Below are positions 49,651 to 59,629 of a DNA stretch of 64,000 nucleotides, one piece after another (position 1 is the stretch's first letter; each line of letters opens with the position of its first letter). The stretch is from Minisyncoccota bacterium (GTDB taxonomy: Bacteria; Patescibacteriota; Minisyncoccia; UBA6257; GWB1-50-10), in contig JBBDIH010000212.1 in assembly GCA_040880505.1 (NCBI GenBank), positions 22,751-86,750 on the forward strand, given 5' to 3'. The notes beneath the pieces are model-generated. The model had not been told where the DNA came from. It searched no databases and saw nothing but the letters and a program-made list of their open reading frames with translations. The translations under genes were made by a program, and so were the position numbers.

Positions 49651-50361
49651 ATGAACTCTAGAACTAGGATAATCCTTAAAAAGAGTGTTAGGGATTTTAT
49701 AAATACTGGCAGGCCAATTACTTCAGAATATCTGTATGAAACTTATGATTTTGGTATTAAACCAGCAATGATCAGAAGAGAGTTAAGTATATTAGATGAT
49801 AGTGGTTACTTAGAACAGATACATACATCTGGAGGTAGACTACCAACTAATAAAGCTTACAAGTATTTTGTAAGTTCTGTACTTAAAAAAGATGACCTAC
49901 TTTCTGATTTCTTAGATGATAGTGTAGATATATTAGAAACATTAATTTCTGGAGAAATAAACACCTTTACAAGAAATTTATCTAATCAATTAAAATCTCT
50001 AAGCGTCTTATATGAAATAGAGAAACAACTGGTTCATGACAGTGGTCTTGAAAATTTATTTAGAGAGATAGAATGGGAGGATAAGTCTGATTTATTAGAA
50101 ATAATAAGAGATCTTGAGCTTTTACCTAATAAATTAAAGAAGAGTAAATTAATAAACAAAAGAGGTTGTTGGCATAAAGTTTTTATAGGAAAAAGTCCAA
50201 TAACAAAAAGTGATAGATTATCTATGGTGGTTAGTAAAATTAAAACAAAAAATGGAGATCAAGTTGTTATGGTAATTGGACCGAGAAGAATGGATTATGA
50301 AAAAGCTTTGGGTATTTTAAAAAGTTTAGAAAATTTAATAGAAAAAAATGAAAGAAGATAA
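49651..50361 (+). CDS. hrcA: heat-inducible transcription repressor HrcA (short)
   Basis: An N-terminal wHTH (ILKKSVRDFINTGRPITSEYL) is present. It heads the grpE-dnaK-dnaJ operon. The start was moved to the ATG at 49651 because the ORF-track start lies inside CIRCE. Confidence 0.65.
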   Translation: MNSRTRIILKKSVRDFINTGRPITSEYLYETYDFGIKPAMIRRELSILDDSGYLEQIHTSGGRLPTNKAYKYFVSSVLKKDDLLSDFLDDSVDILETLISGEINTFTRNLSNQLKSLSVLYEIEKQLVHDSGLENLFREIEWEDKSDLLEIIRDLELLPNKLKKSKLINKRGCWHKVFIGKSPITKSDRLSMVVSKIKTKNGDQVVMVIGPRRMDYEKALGILKSLENLIEKNERR

Positions 50362-50842
50362 AAATATAAAATATAATATAGAGGAATTAAAAAATAAATT
50401 AGAAGAATGCGAAAATGAAAAAAATGAATATTTAAACGGTTGGAAAAGAGCAAAGGCAGATTTTATTAATTATAAAAAAGAAGAAAGTGATAGATTTGAT
50501 AGTATGATAAGAAACAGTCAAAAAAAGCTTATATCCGATATATTAACGGTTTTAGATAGTTTTGAATTAGGAATAGTTATGACAGAAGGAGATAAAATGG
50601 AGAAAAAAGGAGTTGAGCTGATAAAAGGACAGTTAGAAGATTCATTAAAGAAAAACGGTGTTATTAAAATTAAAGTTCAAATTGGAGATGATTTTAATCC
50701 AGAAATTCATGAAGCTGTAGAGCAGGTAGAATCAGATCAACCAGAGGGTACAGTAGCCGGAGTAGTAGAAAAAGGGTATGCGATAAACGATAAAGTTATA
50801 AGACCAGTAAAAGTAAAAATTTCAGTCGATAAAAATAATTAA
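50348..50842 (+). CDS. grpE: nucleotide exchange factor GrpE
   Basis: A coiled coil is followed by GWKRAKADFINYKK and a C-terminal beta domain. Confidence 0.85.
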   Translation: MKEDKNIKYNIEELKNKLEECENEKNEYLNGWKRAKADFINYKKEESDRFDSMIRNSQKKLISDILTVLDSFELGIVMTEGDKMEKKGVELIKGQLEDSLKKNGVIKIKVQIGDDFNPEIHEAVEQVESDQPEGTVAGVVEKGYAINDKVIRPVKVKISVDKNN

Positions 50843-50863
50843 AATAATAATTAATATAAAAAT

Positions 50864-52804
50864 ATGAGTAAAATTTTAGGAATAGATTTAGGAACAACAA
50901 ATTCTGCCATGGCAGTAGTAGAAGGTGGAGAACCAAAAGTTTTAGAAAATCATGAAGGATCAAGAACTACACCTTCTGTGGTAGCGATTTCAAAATCAGG
51001 AGAAAGAATCGTAGGACAAGTGGCAAAACGTCAGGCTGTGGTTAACTCAAAAAACACAGTGTTTTCTGTTAAAAGATTCATAGGTAGAAGATTCGATGAA
51101 GATGAAGTTAAAAAAGATAATGAACTTTATCCTTATGAAATGAGACAATCGGATCAAAAAGGAGTAGAAGTTCAAATGGGAGAAAGATGGCACAAGCCAG
51201 AAGAGATATCAGCTATGATTCTTCAAAAGATGAAAGCTGATGCTGAAGCTAAATTAGGAGAAAAAATAGAAAAAGCAGTTATAACAGTTCCTGCTTACTT
51301 TGATGACAGTCAAAGACAAGCTACTAAACAAGCTGGTGAAATTGCTGGTTTTAAAGTAGAAAGAATATTAAATGAGCCTACAGCTGCAGCATTAGCTTAT
51401 GGATTAAACAAAAAAAATGAAGAAAAGATTGTAGTTTATGATTTGGGTGGAGGTACATTTGATATCTCTGTTTTAGAGGTAGGGGATAACACTGTAGAGG
51501 TAAAAGCAACAGGTGGAGACACTCACTTGGGTGGAGATGACTTTGACAACAGAATTATTGAATACTTAATTGCTGAGTACAAAAAACAACAAGGAGTCGA
51601 TCTATCAAAAGATCCTTTAGCAATTCAAAGATTAAAAGAAGCAGCAGAAAAAGCTAAGCATGAATTATCAGCCGCTTCTGATACTGAGATAAATCTTCCG
51701 TATATTACTTCTGGAGAGGACGGACCAAAACACTTTGTTATGAAAATTACTAGATCAAAACTAGAAGAATTAGTTTCAGATTTAATAGAGAAATCAATAA
51801 AATTAACAAAAGAAACAATAACATTAGAAGCTCCAAAAGGAGCAGGATTTAAGATAGAAGACATAGATGAAATAATTTTAGTTGGTGGACAAACAAGAAT
51901 GCCAGCAGTGCAATCTGCAGTTAAAAAGATGTTTGGAAAAGATCCTCATAAAGGAATTAATCCAGACGAAGTTGTATCTATTGGAGCAGCAGTTCAAGCC
52001 GGAATTCTTCAAGGAGATGTTAAAGACATTCTTCTTTTAGATGTTACTCCCTTAACTTTAAGTATCGAAACATTAGGTGGAGTAGCAACTCCAATGATAG
52101 AAAAAAACACCACCATCCCAACTAGTAAAACTCAGACATTTTCAACAGCTGCTGATAATCAACCATCAGTAGATGTTAAGGTCTTACAAGGTGAAAGACC
52201 AATGGCAAATGACAATAAAGTTTTAGCTAACTTTATTTTAGATGGCATACCTCCAGCACCAAGAGGAACTCCTCAAATCGAAGTTACTTTTGATATAGAT
52301 GCTAATGGAATATTAAATGTTTCAGCAAAAGATAAAGCTTCAGGTAAAACACAGTCAGTTAAGGTAGAAGCTACAACTAGTCTATCTAAAGAAGAAGTAG
52401 AAAACCTTAAGAAAGAAGCAACTGAACACGCAGAAGAAGACAAGAAAAAGAAAGAATCAATAGAAGTTAAAAATAATGCAGATTCTTTAATATACACAAC
52501 AGAAAAAGCATTAAATGACGCAGGTGATAAGGTTCCAGAAGAAACAAAGAATACGATAAATGAAAAAATAGAAAAACTAAAAAATCTTAAAGATGGAGAC
52601 GATATAGAATCTATTAAATCTGCTAGCGAAGAATTATCCTCAGAGATTCAAAAAATAGGTCAATCAATGTATAGTGATAAACAAGAAGAAACCACTAATA
52701 CTGAAAACTCTGACGAGCCAAAAGAAGACAAGAAATCACCAGAAGACTCTGAAAAGAAAGATAATAATGAAGAAGAAAAAGAAGAAAAAGAAGAAAAAGA
52801 ATAA
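50864..52804 (+). CDS. dnaK: molecular chaperone DnaK (Hsp70)
   Basis: It has GIDLGTTNS and DLGGGTFD motifs, a substrate-binding domain, and an acidic [10 protein letters not shown] tail. Confidence 0.95.
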   Translation: MSKILGIDLGTTNSAMAVVEGGEPKVLENHEGSRTTPSVVAISKSGERIVGQVAKRQAVVNSKNTVFSVKRFIGRRFDEDEVKKDNELYPYEMRQSDQKGVEVQMGERWHKPEEISAMILQKMKADAEAKLGEKIEKAVITVPAYFDDSQRQATKQAGEIAGFKVERILNEPTAAALAYGLNKKNEEKIVVYDLGGGTFDISVLEVGDNTVEVKATGGDTHLGGDDFDNRIIEYLIAEYKKQQGVDLSKDPLAIQRLKEAAEKAKHELSAASDTEINLPYITSGEDGPKHFVMKITRSKLEELVSDLIEKSIKLTKETITLEAPKGAGFKIEDIDEIILVGGQTRMPAVQSAVKKMFGKDPHKGINPDEVVSIGAAVQAGILQGDVKDILLLDVTPLTLSIETLGGVATPMIEKNTTIPTSKTQTFSTAADNQPSVDVKVLQGERPMANDNKVLANFILDGIPPAPRGTPQIEVTFDIDANGILNVSAKDKASGKTQSVKVEATTSLSKEEVENLKKEATEHAEEDKKKKESIEVKNNADSLIYTTEKALNDAGDKVPEETKNTINEKIEKLKNLKDGDDIESIKSASEELSSEIQKIGQSMYSDKQEETTNTENSDEPKEDKKSPEDSEKKDNNEEEKEEKEEKE

Positions 52805-52854
52805 ACAAATTTAGCTCCCTCTTTTGGAGGATCTAAAAACCCGAGCAAAATATC

Positions 52855-53838
52855 ATGTCAAAATTTTTCACCAAAATATTTCCGATGGCGGCCATAGGTA
52901 CAATTCTAAGCTTCTTTACCTTTCTACTTTTTAGAAAAGTAATAGAAAGCTTAGATTTTGGTGATTTTACTTTTGTTTTGATTTTACTTTCAACCTTTTT
53001 AATTGTTTTAACCACAGAAGTATTTTTTATAGAAAAATTCAAGCATCTTTTCTGGGTTAGTTTTGTTCAGCTCTCAACACCTCTAATAGTCTTTAGGGAT
53101 TATTTTTTTACAGAATTTCAATTTCTTCCAGTTTTAGGGATAGTTATATTTCTTTATTTTTCTATTTGGTCAGTAAGAAGAGGTTATAAAACATTAAAGA
53201 ATAGTATAAATATAGAATTTTTTGTGGTTGCCAGAAGAGTTACTCCAAGAGTAGTTTCTGGTGCTTTAATTTTCTTTGCTATATTCTCTTATTTTCATTT
53301 CTTCCAGTTAGGTAATTTTTCTAATGAAACAGCAGAAAATATTTTTGATAAAACATTAAATGCTTCAACTCCTATACTGCAGATATGGTTTTCAGATGTA
53401 ACATTTGATATGACAGTAGATGAAGCTTTAAGAGAAATGAGTGAAACTCAAGTTAATAGATCTCAAATTGATTTACTACAGCAAGGTATAAATTTAGATC
53501 AATTACCAGTAACCTTTAGAGAAAATCTTATTAATGAAACATCTATAAAAATAAAAGAATCAGTAGAGGCCGTTACTGGAACTTTAGACGGTAATCAATC
53601 TTTGAGAGATGCGCTTTTTCAAGTTGTTAGTGGAAAAGTAGCAGATTTATCAAATGCAGCAAAATTAATTATTTCGGTTTTAGTTATATCTTTAATATTT
53701 ATGGTTTTCAAAGGTATAGCTTGGCTAGTTTATCTTCCAGCAGAAATAATATCATTTCTATTATTTGAGTTGTTACTTTTAACTGGTTTTGGTAAATTAG
53801 CAACAGAAAATCTAACAAGAGAGGTTATAACAATATAA
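52855..53838 (+). CDS. hypothetical polytopic membrane protein inserted between dnaK and dnaJ
   Basis: There are 6 to 7 hydrophobic helices with a soluble central segment. No family was recognised. Confidence 0.4.
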   Translation: MSKFFTKIFPMAAIGTILSFFTFLLFRKVIESLDFGDFTFVLILLSTFLIVLTTEVFFIEKFKHLFWVSFVQLSTPLIVFRDYFFTEFQFLPVLGIVIFLYFSIWSVRRGYKTLKNSINIEFFVVARRVTPRVVSGALIFFAIFSYFHFFQLGNFSNETAENIFDKTLNASTPILQIWFSDVTFDMTVDEALREMSETQVNRSQIDLLQQGINLDQLPVTFRENLINETSIKIKESVEAVTGTLDGNQSLRDALFQVVSGKVADLSNAAKLIISVLVISLIFMVFKGIAWLVYLPAEIISFLLFELLLLTGFGKLATENLTREVITI

Positions 53839-53840
53839 AT

Positions 53841-54944
53841 ATGTCAAAAGATTACTACAAAATATTAGGAGTAGAAAAAACTTCTTCTGATGAAGAAATA
53901 AAAAAAGCCTACAGAAAGCTTGCACATAAATATCACCCAGATAAAGATGGTGGAGATGAAACTAAGTTTAAAGAAATAAACGAAGCATACCAAATACTGT
54001 CTAATAAAAATAAAAAAGCACAGTATGATAAATTTGGTTCTAATTTTTCTGGATCAGGATTTCCTGGAGGCGCAGGTCAAAATTGGGATTTTAATAACGT
54101 AAACGTAAATTGGTCTGATATGGGGGACATGAGTGATGTATTTGAAGATTTATTTTCTCATTTTTCTGGCGGAGCAGGTAGAACTCAAAGAAGAACATAT
54201 AATAACGGATCAGACATAGAATCAGTTATAGATATTTCTTTAGAAGAGGCTTTTACAGGACTAGAAAGAAAAATAAAAATTAAAACATCAATAGAGTGTA
54301 ATGAATGTAATGGGTTAGGACATGAAAAAGATTCAGATTTTGAAGAGTGTGGTTTTTGCCAAGGAAAAGGTGAAATTCATGAAAAGAGAAGGACATTTTT
54401 TGGAGAGTTTTCTCAAGTAAAATCTTGTCATAAATGTAATGGCAGAGGAGAGGTACCAGAAAATCCTTGTAGCAACTGTTCTGGATCAGGTAGAGTAGTT
54501 GGTTATAGGGAAGCAGATATAGAAATAAGTCCAGGCATAAACTCTGGTCAGGTAATAAAAATAAAAGGAGAAGGAGAAGCAGGAGAGAGAGGTGGAACAT
54601 CTGGTGATCTTTATATTATAGTTAGGGTAAAACCTCACGAAACCTTCAAAAGAGAAGGACAGAATCTTTTCTTAAATAAAGACATAGAAATAACAGATGC
54701 TTTGTTAGGTAAAGAGATAAACATAAAAGGAATAAGTGGCAAAGAGTTTAACGTTAAAATACCAGAAGGATTTAACTTAAATGAAAGATTAAAAATAGAA
54801 GGGAAAGGCATGCCTAAATTTAATCTAGGCAAAACAAGTGTTTTAAGAGGAAATCTTTATATTTTATTTAATTTAAAAACCCCCTCAAAAATCTCTAAAA
54901 AAGCTAAAAAAATATTAGAAGAACTAGACGAAGAAATTAATTAA
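53841..54944 (+). CDS. dnaJ: molecular chaperone DnaJ
   Basis: It has the J domain (HPD), a G/F region, four CxxCxGxG zinc-finger repeats, and a C-terminal domain. Confidence 0.9.
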   Translation: MSKDYYKILGVEKTSSDEEIKKAYRKLAHKYHPDKDGGDETKFKEINEAYQILSNKNKKAQYDKFGSNFSGSGFPGGAGQNWDFNNVNVNWSDMGDMSDVFEDLFSHFSGGAGRTQRRTYNNGSDIESVIDISLEEAFTGLERKIKIKTSIECNECNGLGHEKDSDFEECGFCQGKGEIHEKRRTFFGEFSQVKSCHKCNGRGEVPENPCSNCSGSGRVVGYREADIEISPGINSGQVIKIKGEGEAGERGGTSGDLYIIVRVKPHETFKREGQNLFLNKDIEITDALLGKEINIKGISGKEFNVKIPEGFNLNERLKIEGKGMPKFNLGKTSVLRGNLYILFNLKTPSKISKKAKKILEELDEEIN

Positions 54945-54949
54945 AATTA

Positions 54950-54976
54950 TTGACATTTTCTCTCTTTAATATAATA
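54950..54976 (+). promoter_or_regulatory. putative sigma-70 promoter (TTGACA ... TATAAT/TAATAT) for rplJ-rplL
   Basis: A perfect -35 hexamer lies at 54950..54955. An AT-rich -10 lies at 54969..54976. The spacer is 13 to 15 nt and suboptimal. Confidence 0.35.
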
Positions 54977-54984
54977 TTGTAAGT

Positions 54985-55110
54985 ATTCCGCAGACAGTGG
55001 GAGTTTTACAGATAAGTTATATTTATTTTCTCATTTGTAATTATAATGCCCACCGAGGAGAGAACAAAACAATATTTGTTGTCTTTAAATTCTGCGGCCA
55101 AAGGGTCGTT
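54985..55110 (+). promoter_or_regulatory. structured 5' leader of rplJ (candidate L10 autoregulatory leader)
   Basis: A long-range helix CCGCAGA (54987..54993) / TCTGCGG (55090..55096) encloses a nested GTGGG/CCCAC pairing. It lies directly upstream of the L10 start. Confidence 0.4.
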
Positions 55111-55134
55111 TTTAAATTTTAAAGCTATTAATTA

Positions 55135-55626
55135 ATGGCAAAAACAAAAGTACAAAAAGAAAAGGCAGTAAAAATCTTAAAAGATAAGTTAGAAAAAAAT
55201 AATGGATTTATTCTAGTTGGTTTTTCTGGATTAGAGGTTAATGAGTTGAATGATTTAAGAAGAGAAATACAAAACTCTGGAGGACATTTAAGAGTTGCAA
55301 AGAAAAATCTTTTAAAATTAGCTTTTAAAGAAAATAATATTGATTTTTCTTTTGATGAAGATTATTTAGGTCAAACAGCTTTTGTTGTTTTTGAAAATCT
55401 TCCAGAAATTGCAGGAGCAGTTTTTGATTTTTCAAAAGATAATGATATTAATATTTTAGGAGGATTCAATCTTAATGATCAAAATCCTTTAGAAGCTGAT
55501 TATATTACAAAAATAGGCCAATTACCTTCAAGAAAAGTTCTTTTAGGACAGATTGTTGGATCTATTTCTTCACCAATTAGATCATTCATATATGCAATTA
55601 AGCAAATTAGCGAAGTAAAAAATTAA
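55135..55626 (+). CDS. rplJ: 50S ribosomal protein L10
   Basis: The L10 N-terminal pattern is present (KEKAVKILKDKLEKNNGFILVGFSGLEVNELNDLRRE). Confidence 0.9.
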   Translation: MAKTKVQKEKAVKILKDKLEKNNGFILVGFSGLEVNELNDLRREIQNSGGHLRVAKKNLLKLAFKENNIDFSFDEDYLGQTAFVVFENLPEIAGAVFDFSKDNDINILGGFNLNDQNPLEADYITKIGQLPSRKVLLGQIVGSISSPIRSFIYAIKQISEVKN

Positions 55627-55660
55627 ATTAGTCGAAAAAATAATTTAAACATATAAAAAT

Positions 55661-56170
55661 ATGGCAGAAGATAACAAAAAAGAAGAAGTAAAAGAAGAAG
55701 AAACTAAAGAAGAAACTAAAGAAGAGCCTAAAGAGGAAGAGAAAAAAAAGGAACCTAAAGAAAAAGTAAAAGAAGAAGAAACTAAAGATGAACCAGAAGA
55801 AGTAGAAGTTCCTAAAGAATTTAAGGACATAGTCGAAAAAATAGAAAAAATGAACGTAGTTGAACTTTCTGACTTAGTTGAAGTACTAGAAAAGAAATTT
55901 GGTGTATCAGCAATGGCCCCAGTAGCGGCTGGTGGAGCAGCAGGAGCTGTTGAGGAAAAAACAGAATTTAATGTTCACTTAAAAGCTGTAGGTGATCAAA
56001 AGATTAACGTTATTAAGGCCGTTAAAGCAATAACTGGCCTTGGCTTAAAAGAAGCTAAGGATTTAGTTGATGGAGCTCCAAGCACCATTAAAGAAGAAGT
56101 AAAGAAAGAAGACGCCGAAGAAATGAAAGCAAAGCTAGAAGAAGCAGGAGCTACAGTAGAACTTCAGTAA
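55661..56170 (+). CDS. rplL: 50S ribosomal protein L7/L12 with about 45-aa Lys/Glu-rich N-terminal extension
   Basis: The canonical L12 NTD, hinge and CTD run from [25 protein letters not shown] to [15 protein letters not shown]. They are preceded by (KEE/ETKEE)n. Confidence 0.9.
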   Translation: MAEDNKKEEVKEEETKEETKEEPKEEEKKKEPKEKVKEEETKDEPEEVEVPKEFKDIVEKIEKMNVVELSDLVEVLEKKFGVSAMAPVAAGGAAGAVEEKTEFNVHLKAVGDQKINVIKAVKAITGLGLKEAKDLVDGAPSTIKEEVKKEDAEEMKAKLEEAGATVELQ

Positions 56171-56187
56171 TTTATTACTAAACTAAA

Positions 56188-56247
56188 AAAGAAACCTTCT
56201 CAAAGAAAATAACATCTGTTTTTCTGAAGAGAGGTTTCTTTTTTTAA
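56188..56247 (+). terminator. long imperfect hairpin (AGAAACCTTCTC...GAGAGGTTTCT) plus TTTTTTT after rplL
   Basis: It lies 18 nt after the rplL stop and ends in a T-run of 7. Confidence 0.5.
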
Positions 56248-56280
56248 TACTTAAGTAAATGTTTTGGTATAATAAAAGAA

Positions 56281-56871
56281 ATGACTAAAGAAGAAAAATT
56301 GAAAAAGTTAAGAGAAGAAATAATTAATGATAAAACTCTACCTCTTAAATCTAATCTAGTTTTTGGAGAGGGTAGTGGAAATGCAGATATTCTTTTTATA
56401 GGAGAGGCTCCTGGAGCAAAAGAAGATGAATTAGTCAGGCCTTTTGTTGGTAGATCAGGTAAATTACTTAACAAATTTATAGAATCAGTTGGCTGGAAAA
56501 GAGAGGACACATATATAACAAATATTGTAAAAAGAAGGCCACCTAAAAATAGAGATCCAGAGCCCGAAGAAATTGAAAAGTATAGGACTTATCTTACAAA
56601 ACAAATAGAAATAATAAATCCTAAGATAATCGTTCCTTTAGGTAGGTTTTCTATGAATTATTTTATTCCTGATAGAATGATATCCAAAAACCAAGGCAAG
56701 TTATTTTTAAAAGACGATAGATTAATTATCCCTATTTATCATCCAGCCGCAGGACTTCGCTCTACTAAAGTTTTAGAAGATATAAAGAAAAGTTTTAAAA
56801 CTCTAAAAACTGTAGTTAATAATTTTGATACAATAATAGAAGATAAGAAATACAAAATAGAAAAAATATAA
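56281..56871 (+). CDS. uracil-DNA glycosylase, family 4
   Basis: It has GEAPGAKED (GEGPG-type motif A) and YHPAAGLR (motif B). Confidence 0.8.
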   Translation: MTKEEKLKKLREEIINDKTLPLKSNLVFGEGSGNADILFIGEAPGAKEDELVRPFVGRSGKLLNKFIESVGWKREDTYITNIVKRRPPKNRDPEPEEIEKYRTYLTKQIEIINPKIIVPLGRFSMNYFIPDRMISKNQGKLFLKDDRLIIPIYHPAAGLRSTKVLEDIKKSFKTLKTVVNNFDTIIEDKKYKIEKI

Positions 56872-56874
56872 AAA

Positions 56875-57288
56875 ATGAAAAGAATATCAAAAGAAAAAAC
56901 CTTTTTTAAAATAGCTGAAGTATTAAAGGATAGAAGCACATGTTTAATGGCAAAGGTAGGCTGTGTTATAACTGACTCAGAAATGATTAATATAATTTCT
57001 ATAGGTTATAATGGAAATTATTCTGGTGGACCGAATCACTGCGATCAAGAAGTTGAAAAAGGATGTAACTGTGTTCATGCTGAAATTAATGCCATAACAA
57101 AAGCAGAGAAATCATTAAAAAATGCTGTTTTATTTTCTACCCATGAACCTTGTTTAATGTGTTCAAAATCCATTATTAATAGTGGTATAAAAAAGGTATT
57201 TTTTTATAAAAATTACTCTTATAGTGAGGGTTCCGATATAATGAAAAAAGCTGGTATTACAGTAGAAAGAATAAGTACTAATGATTAA
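56875..57288 (+). CDS. dCMP/cytidine deaminase family zinc enzyme
   Basis: VHAE and PCLMC zinc ligands are present on a CDA fold. Confidence 0.8.
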   Translation: MKRISKEKTFFKIAEVLKDRSTCLMAKVGCVITDSEMINIISIGYNGNYSGGPNHCDQEVEKGCNCVHAEINAITKAEKSLKNAVLFSTHEPCLMCSKSIINSGIKKVFFYKNYSYSEGSDIMKKAGITVERISTND

Positions 57289-58972
57289 CTTTATAAAAAA
57301 TATTTTTAGTCAAAAAAATGAAGATTTTTATTTTTCATTTCTTAAGGACTTAGAAACCGTCACAGAAAAAGATGTTACTTTAAATATTCCTCCAAGTCAT
57401 ATAGAGGCAGACTTTGCTTTAATGACCAATAATCCAAAGATAAATAAATATTTATCTAATAAAATTAAAGATTCAAAAAATAAATACATAGATGAGGTAA
57501 AAGCAGCGGGACCATTCATTAATTTATTTTTAAATAAAAAAACTTTTTATAATAAAACCCTAAAAAACATTATTGCTAGAGAAAATAGTTACGGGAACAA
57601 TAAAATAAATAAAAAATTATTTATAGAGTATTCTTCACCAAACATAGCTAAACCTTTAGGAATAGGTCATTTAAGATCTACTGTTATTGGTGAAGCTTTA
57701 GCTAAAATACATGAAAAGCAGGGTTACAGAGTTTTTAGAGAGAACTACTTAGGTGATTGGGGCACTCAGTTTGGTAAACTTGTTTATGCCTATAAGGAAT
57801 GGGGCAATGATGAAGAAATAAAAAAGAACCCTACTAAAGAGTTAAAAAATCTTTATGTTAGATTCCAGAAAGAATCAGAAAAGGATAAAAGTATTGAGGA
57901 TAATGCTAGAGAATTTTTAAATAAACTAGAGAATGGTGATAAGGAGTTAATGAAACTTTGGGAAAGCTTTAGAGAACCAAGTGTTGTTGGTTTTAAAAAA
58001 ACTTACACAAGACTAGGAATTAAATTTGATAGATTCAGTGGAGAAAGTGAGTACGTAAAACAAAGCTTAGATTTAATAAATGAGTGTGAAAAGAGGGGAC
58101 TATGTGAAAAAGGTGAAGGAAAATCTTTAATAGTTGAATTAGATGGTTTACCATCTTTTCTTTTGAGAAAAAAGGATGGCTCTACACTTTATCTAACAAG
58201 AGATTTAGCTGCGCTAAAAGATAGAATTAAAAATCATAATCCAGATAAAATTTTATATATAGTAGGAAACGAACAGAAACTTCACTTTAGACAGTTATTT
58301 GCCTTAGCAGAGAAGTTAAAAATTATAGAAGATCATAACGTGGAACATGTAGGTTATGGACTGATACTTTCCAACGGTAAAAAAATGTCTACTAGAAAAG
58401 GTACTACTGTCATGCTCTCAGAAATTTTTAATGAGTCAGTAAGTAAGTCTAAAAAAATAATAGAAGAAAAAAGTCCAGAATTACTAAAAGAAGAGAAGAA
58501 AGAAATTTCAGAAATTCTTGGAGTTGGCTCTGTTGTTTATAACGATCTTCGCCATGACAGAGAAAAGGATATAAATTTTGATTGGGATAAAGTGCTAAGT
58601 TTTGAAGGAGGAAGCGCTGTTTATCTTCAATACACTTACGCTAGAATAATGTCTATTATAAACAAGGTTTCTAATGATTCAATTCCACATAAACTTACCT
58701 TTGAAAATGATTTAGAATTTGATCTAGCTAAACAGTTATTTATTTTCCCTAAAATTTTAAATATCTCTTGTGAAAATGAAGAGCCTCATAAGATTTGTTC
58801 TTACTTAGAAGATTTAGCGCAGAGCTTTAATAGTTTTTATGGCAACACCTCTATTATTAATACAGAGAATAGCAACTTAAAATTATCTAGAATTCAATTA
58901 GCAAAACAAGTTTCTGTAGTAATAAAAGAAGGTTTAAGAATTTTAGGAATAGCTGTCCCTAATAAGATGTAA
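57281..58972 (+). CDS. argS: arginine--tRNA ligase
   Basis: It has a class I HIGH-type motif (PLGIGHLRS) and a C-terminal DALR anticodon-binding domain. Confidence 0.9.
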   Translation: MINFIKNIFSQKNEDFYFSFLKDLETVTEKDVTLNIPPSHIEADFALMTNNPKINKYLSNKIKDSKNKYIDEVKAAGPFINLFLNKKTFYNKTLKNIIARENSYGNNKINKKLFIEYSSPNIAKPLGIGHLRSTVIGEALAKIHEKQGYRVFRENYLGDWGTQFGKLVYAYKEWGNDEEIKKNPTKELKNLYVRFQKESEKDKSIEDNAREFLNKLENGDKELMKLWESFREPSVVGFKKTYTRLGIKFDRFSGESEYVKQSLDLINECEKRGLCEKGEGKSLIVELDGLPSFLLRKKDGSTLYLTRDLAALKDRIKNHNPDKILYIVGNEQKLHFRQLFALAEKLKIIEDHNVEHVGYGLILSNGKKMSTRKGTTVMLSEIFNESVSKSKKIIEEKSPELLKEEKKEISEILGVGSVVYNDLRHDREKDINFDWDKVLSFEGGSAVYLQYTYARIMSIINKVSNDSIPHKLTFENDLEFDLAKQLFIFPKILNISCENEEPHKICSYLEDLAQSFNSFYGNTSIINTENSNLKLSRIQLAKQVSVVIKEGLRILGIAVPNKM

Positions 58973-59003
58973 TTATTGACCTTCTCCGTTGCGGTAAATG
59001 ATT

Positions 59004-59171
59004 GTGGATAACTTTTGCTTCTGAAAATAAAAATCGCTTTATAAAGCCATTTTCACCCCCTAATAAAATAGGGGTTTTGTATTTGAAGTAAAACGCTTTA
59101 GTGGTATACTTATACATAGAAGTGGGGCGTTGTGGATAACTATGTGGATAAGGCCTCATTCTGGGGATAAC
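59004..59171 (-). promoter_or_regulatory. cluster of DnaA boxes (3 perfect TTATCCACA plus 1 TTATCCCCA, all same orientation) upstream of mraZ
   Basis: TGTGGATAA occurs at 59004..59012, 59131..59139 and 59144..59152. TGGGGATAA occurs at 59163..59171. The last one is also the right arm of the dispersed palindromic repeat. Confidence 0.6.
59056..59084 (+). terminator. intrinsic terminator CCCCTA-ATAAAA-TAGGGG plus TTTTGTATTT
   Basis: It lies 84 nt after the argS stop, inside the DnaA-box cluster region. Confidence 0.6.
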
Positions 59172-59197
59172 TTATTTATCCTTAAATATAAAAAATT

Positions 59198-59629
59198 ATG
59201 CTACTTGGTGAATATCAACATACATTAGATTCAAAAGGTCGAATAGCTATTCCGGCTAAGTTTAGAGCTAAGCTAGGCGACGGCGCAATAATAACACGAG
59301 GTTTAGATAAGTGTTTGTTTGTATTTGGTATGGATGAATGGAGTAAATTAGCAGACAAGTTAACATCTCTGCCTTTAGCTCAGTCTAACTCAAGAGCTTT
59401 TGCAAGATTGATGCTTGCAGGAGCAGTTGATGTAAAGCTTGATGTTCAGGGTAGGGTATTGGTTCCTGAGTATTTAAGAGATTATGGAAGTTTAGATAAA
59501 CAAGTTATAGTAGCCGGTCTTTATAACAGAATAGAAATTTGGAATTCCGAAAAATGGGAGAAATACAAGAAAAAGACTGAAGGTTCTTCAGAGGAAATTG
59601 CTGAAAAACTTTCAGAGCTAGGCATCTAA
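59198..59629 (+). CDS. mraZ: transcriptional regulator MraZ
   Basis: It begins MLLGEYQHTLDSKGRIAIPAKFR and is a duplicated MraZ-fold. Confidence 0.9.
   Translation: MLLGEYQHTLDSKGRIAIPAKFRAKLGDGAIITRGLDKCLFVFGMDEWSKLADKLTSLPLAQSNSRAFARLMLAGAVDVKLDVQGRVLVPEYLRDYGSLDKQVIVAGLYNRIEIWNSEKWEKYKKKTEGSSEEIAEKLSELGI

Noticed and set aside
58990-59190. Interpretation of the DnaA-box cluster as the chromosomal origin (oriC)
   Set aside because: Genes on both sides are co-directional on the + strand, with no divergence of gene orientation. No dnaA/dnaN is adjacent. A regulatory or titration role is more plausible. The DnaA-box observation itself is kept as a finding.
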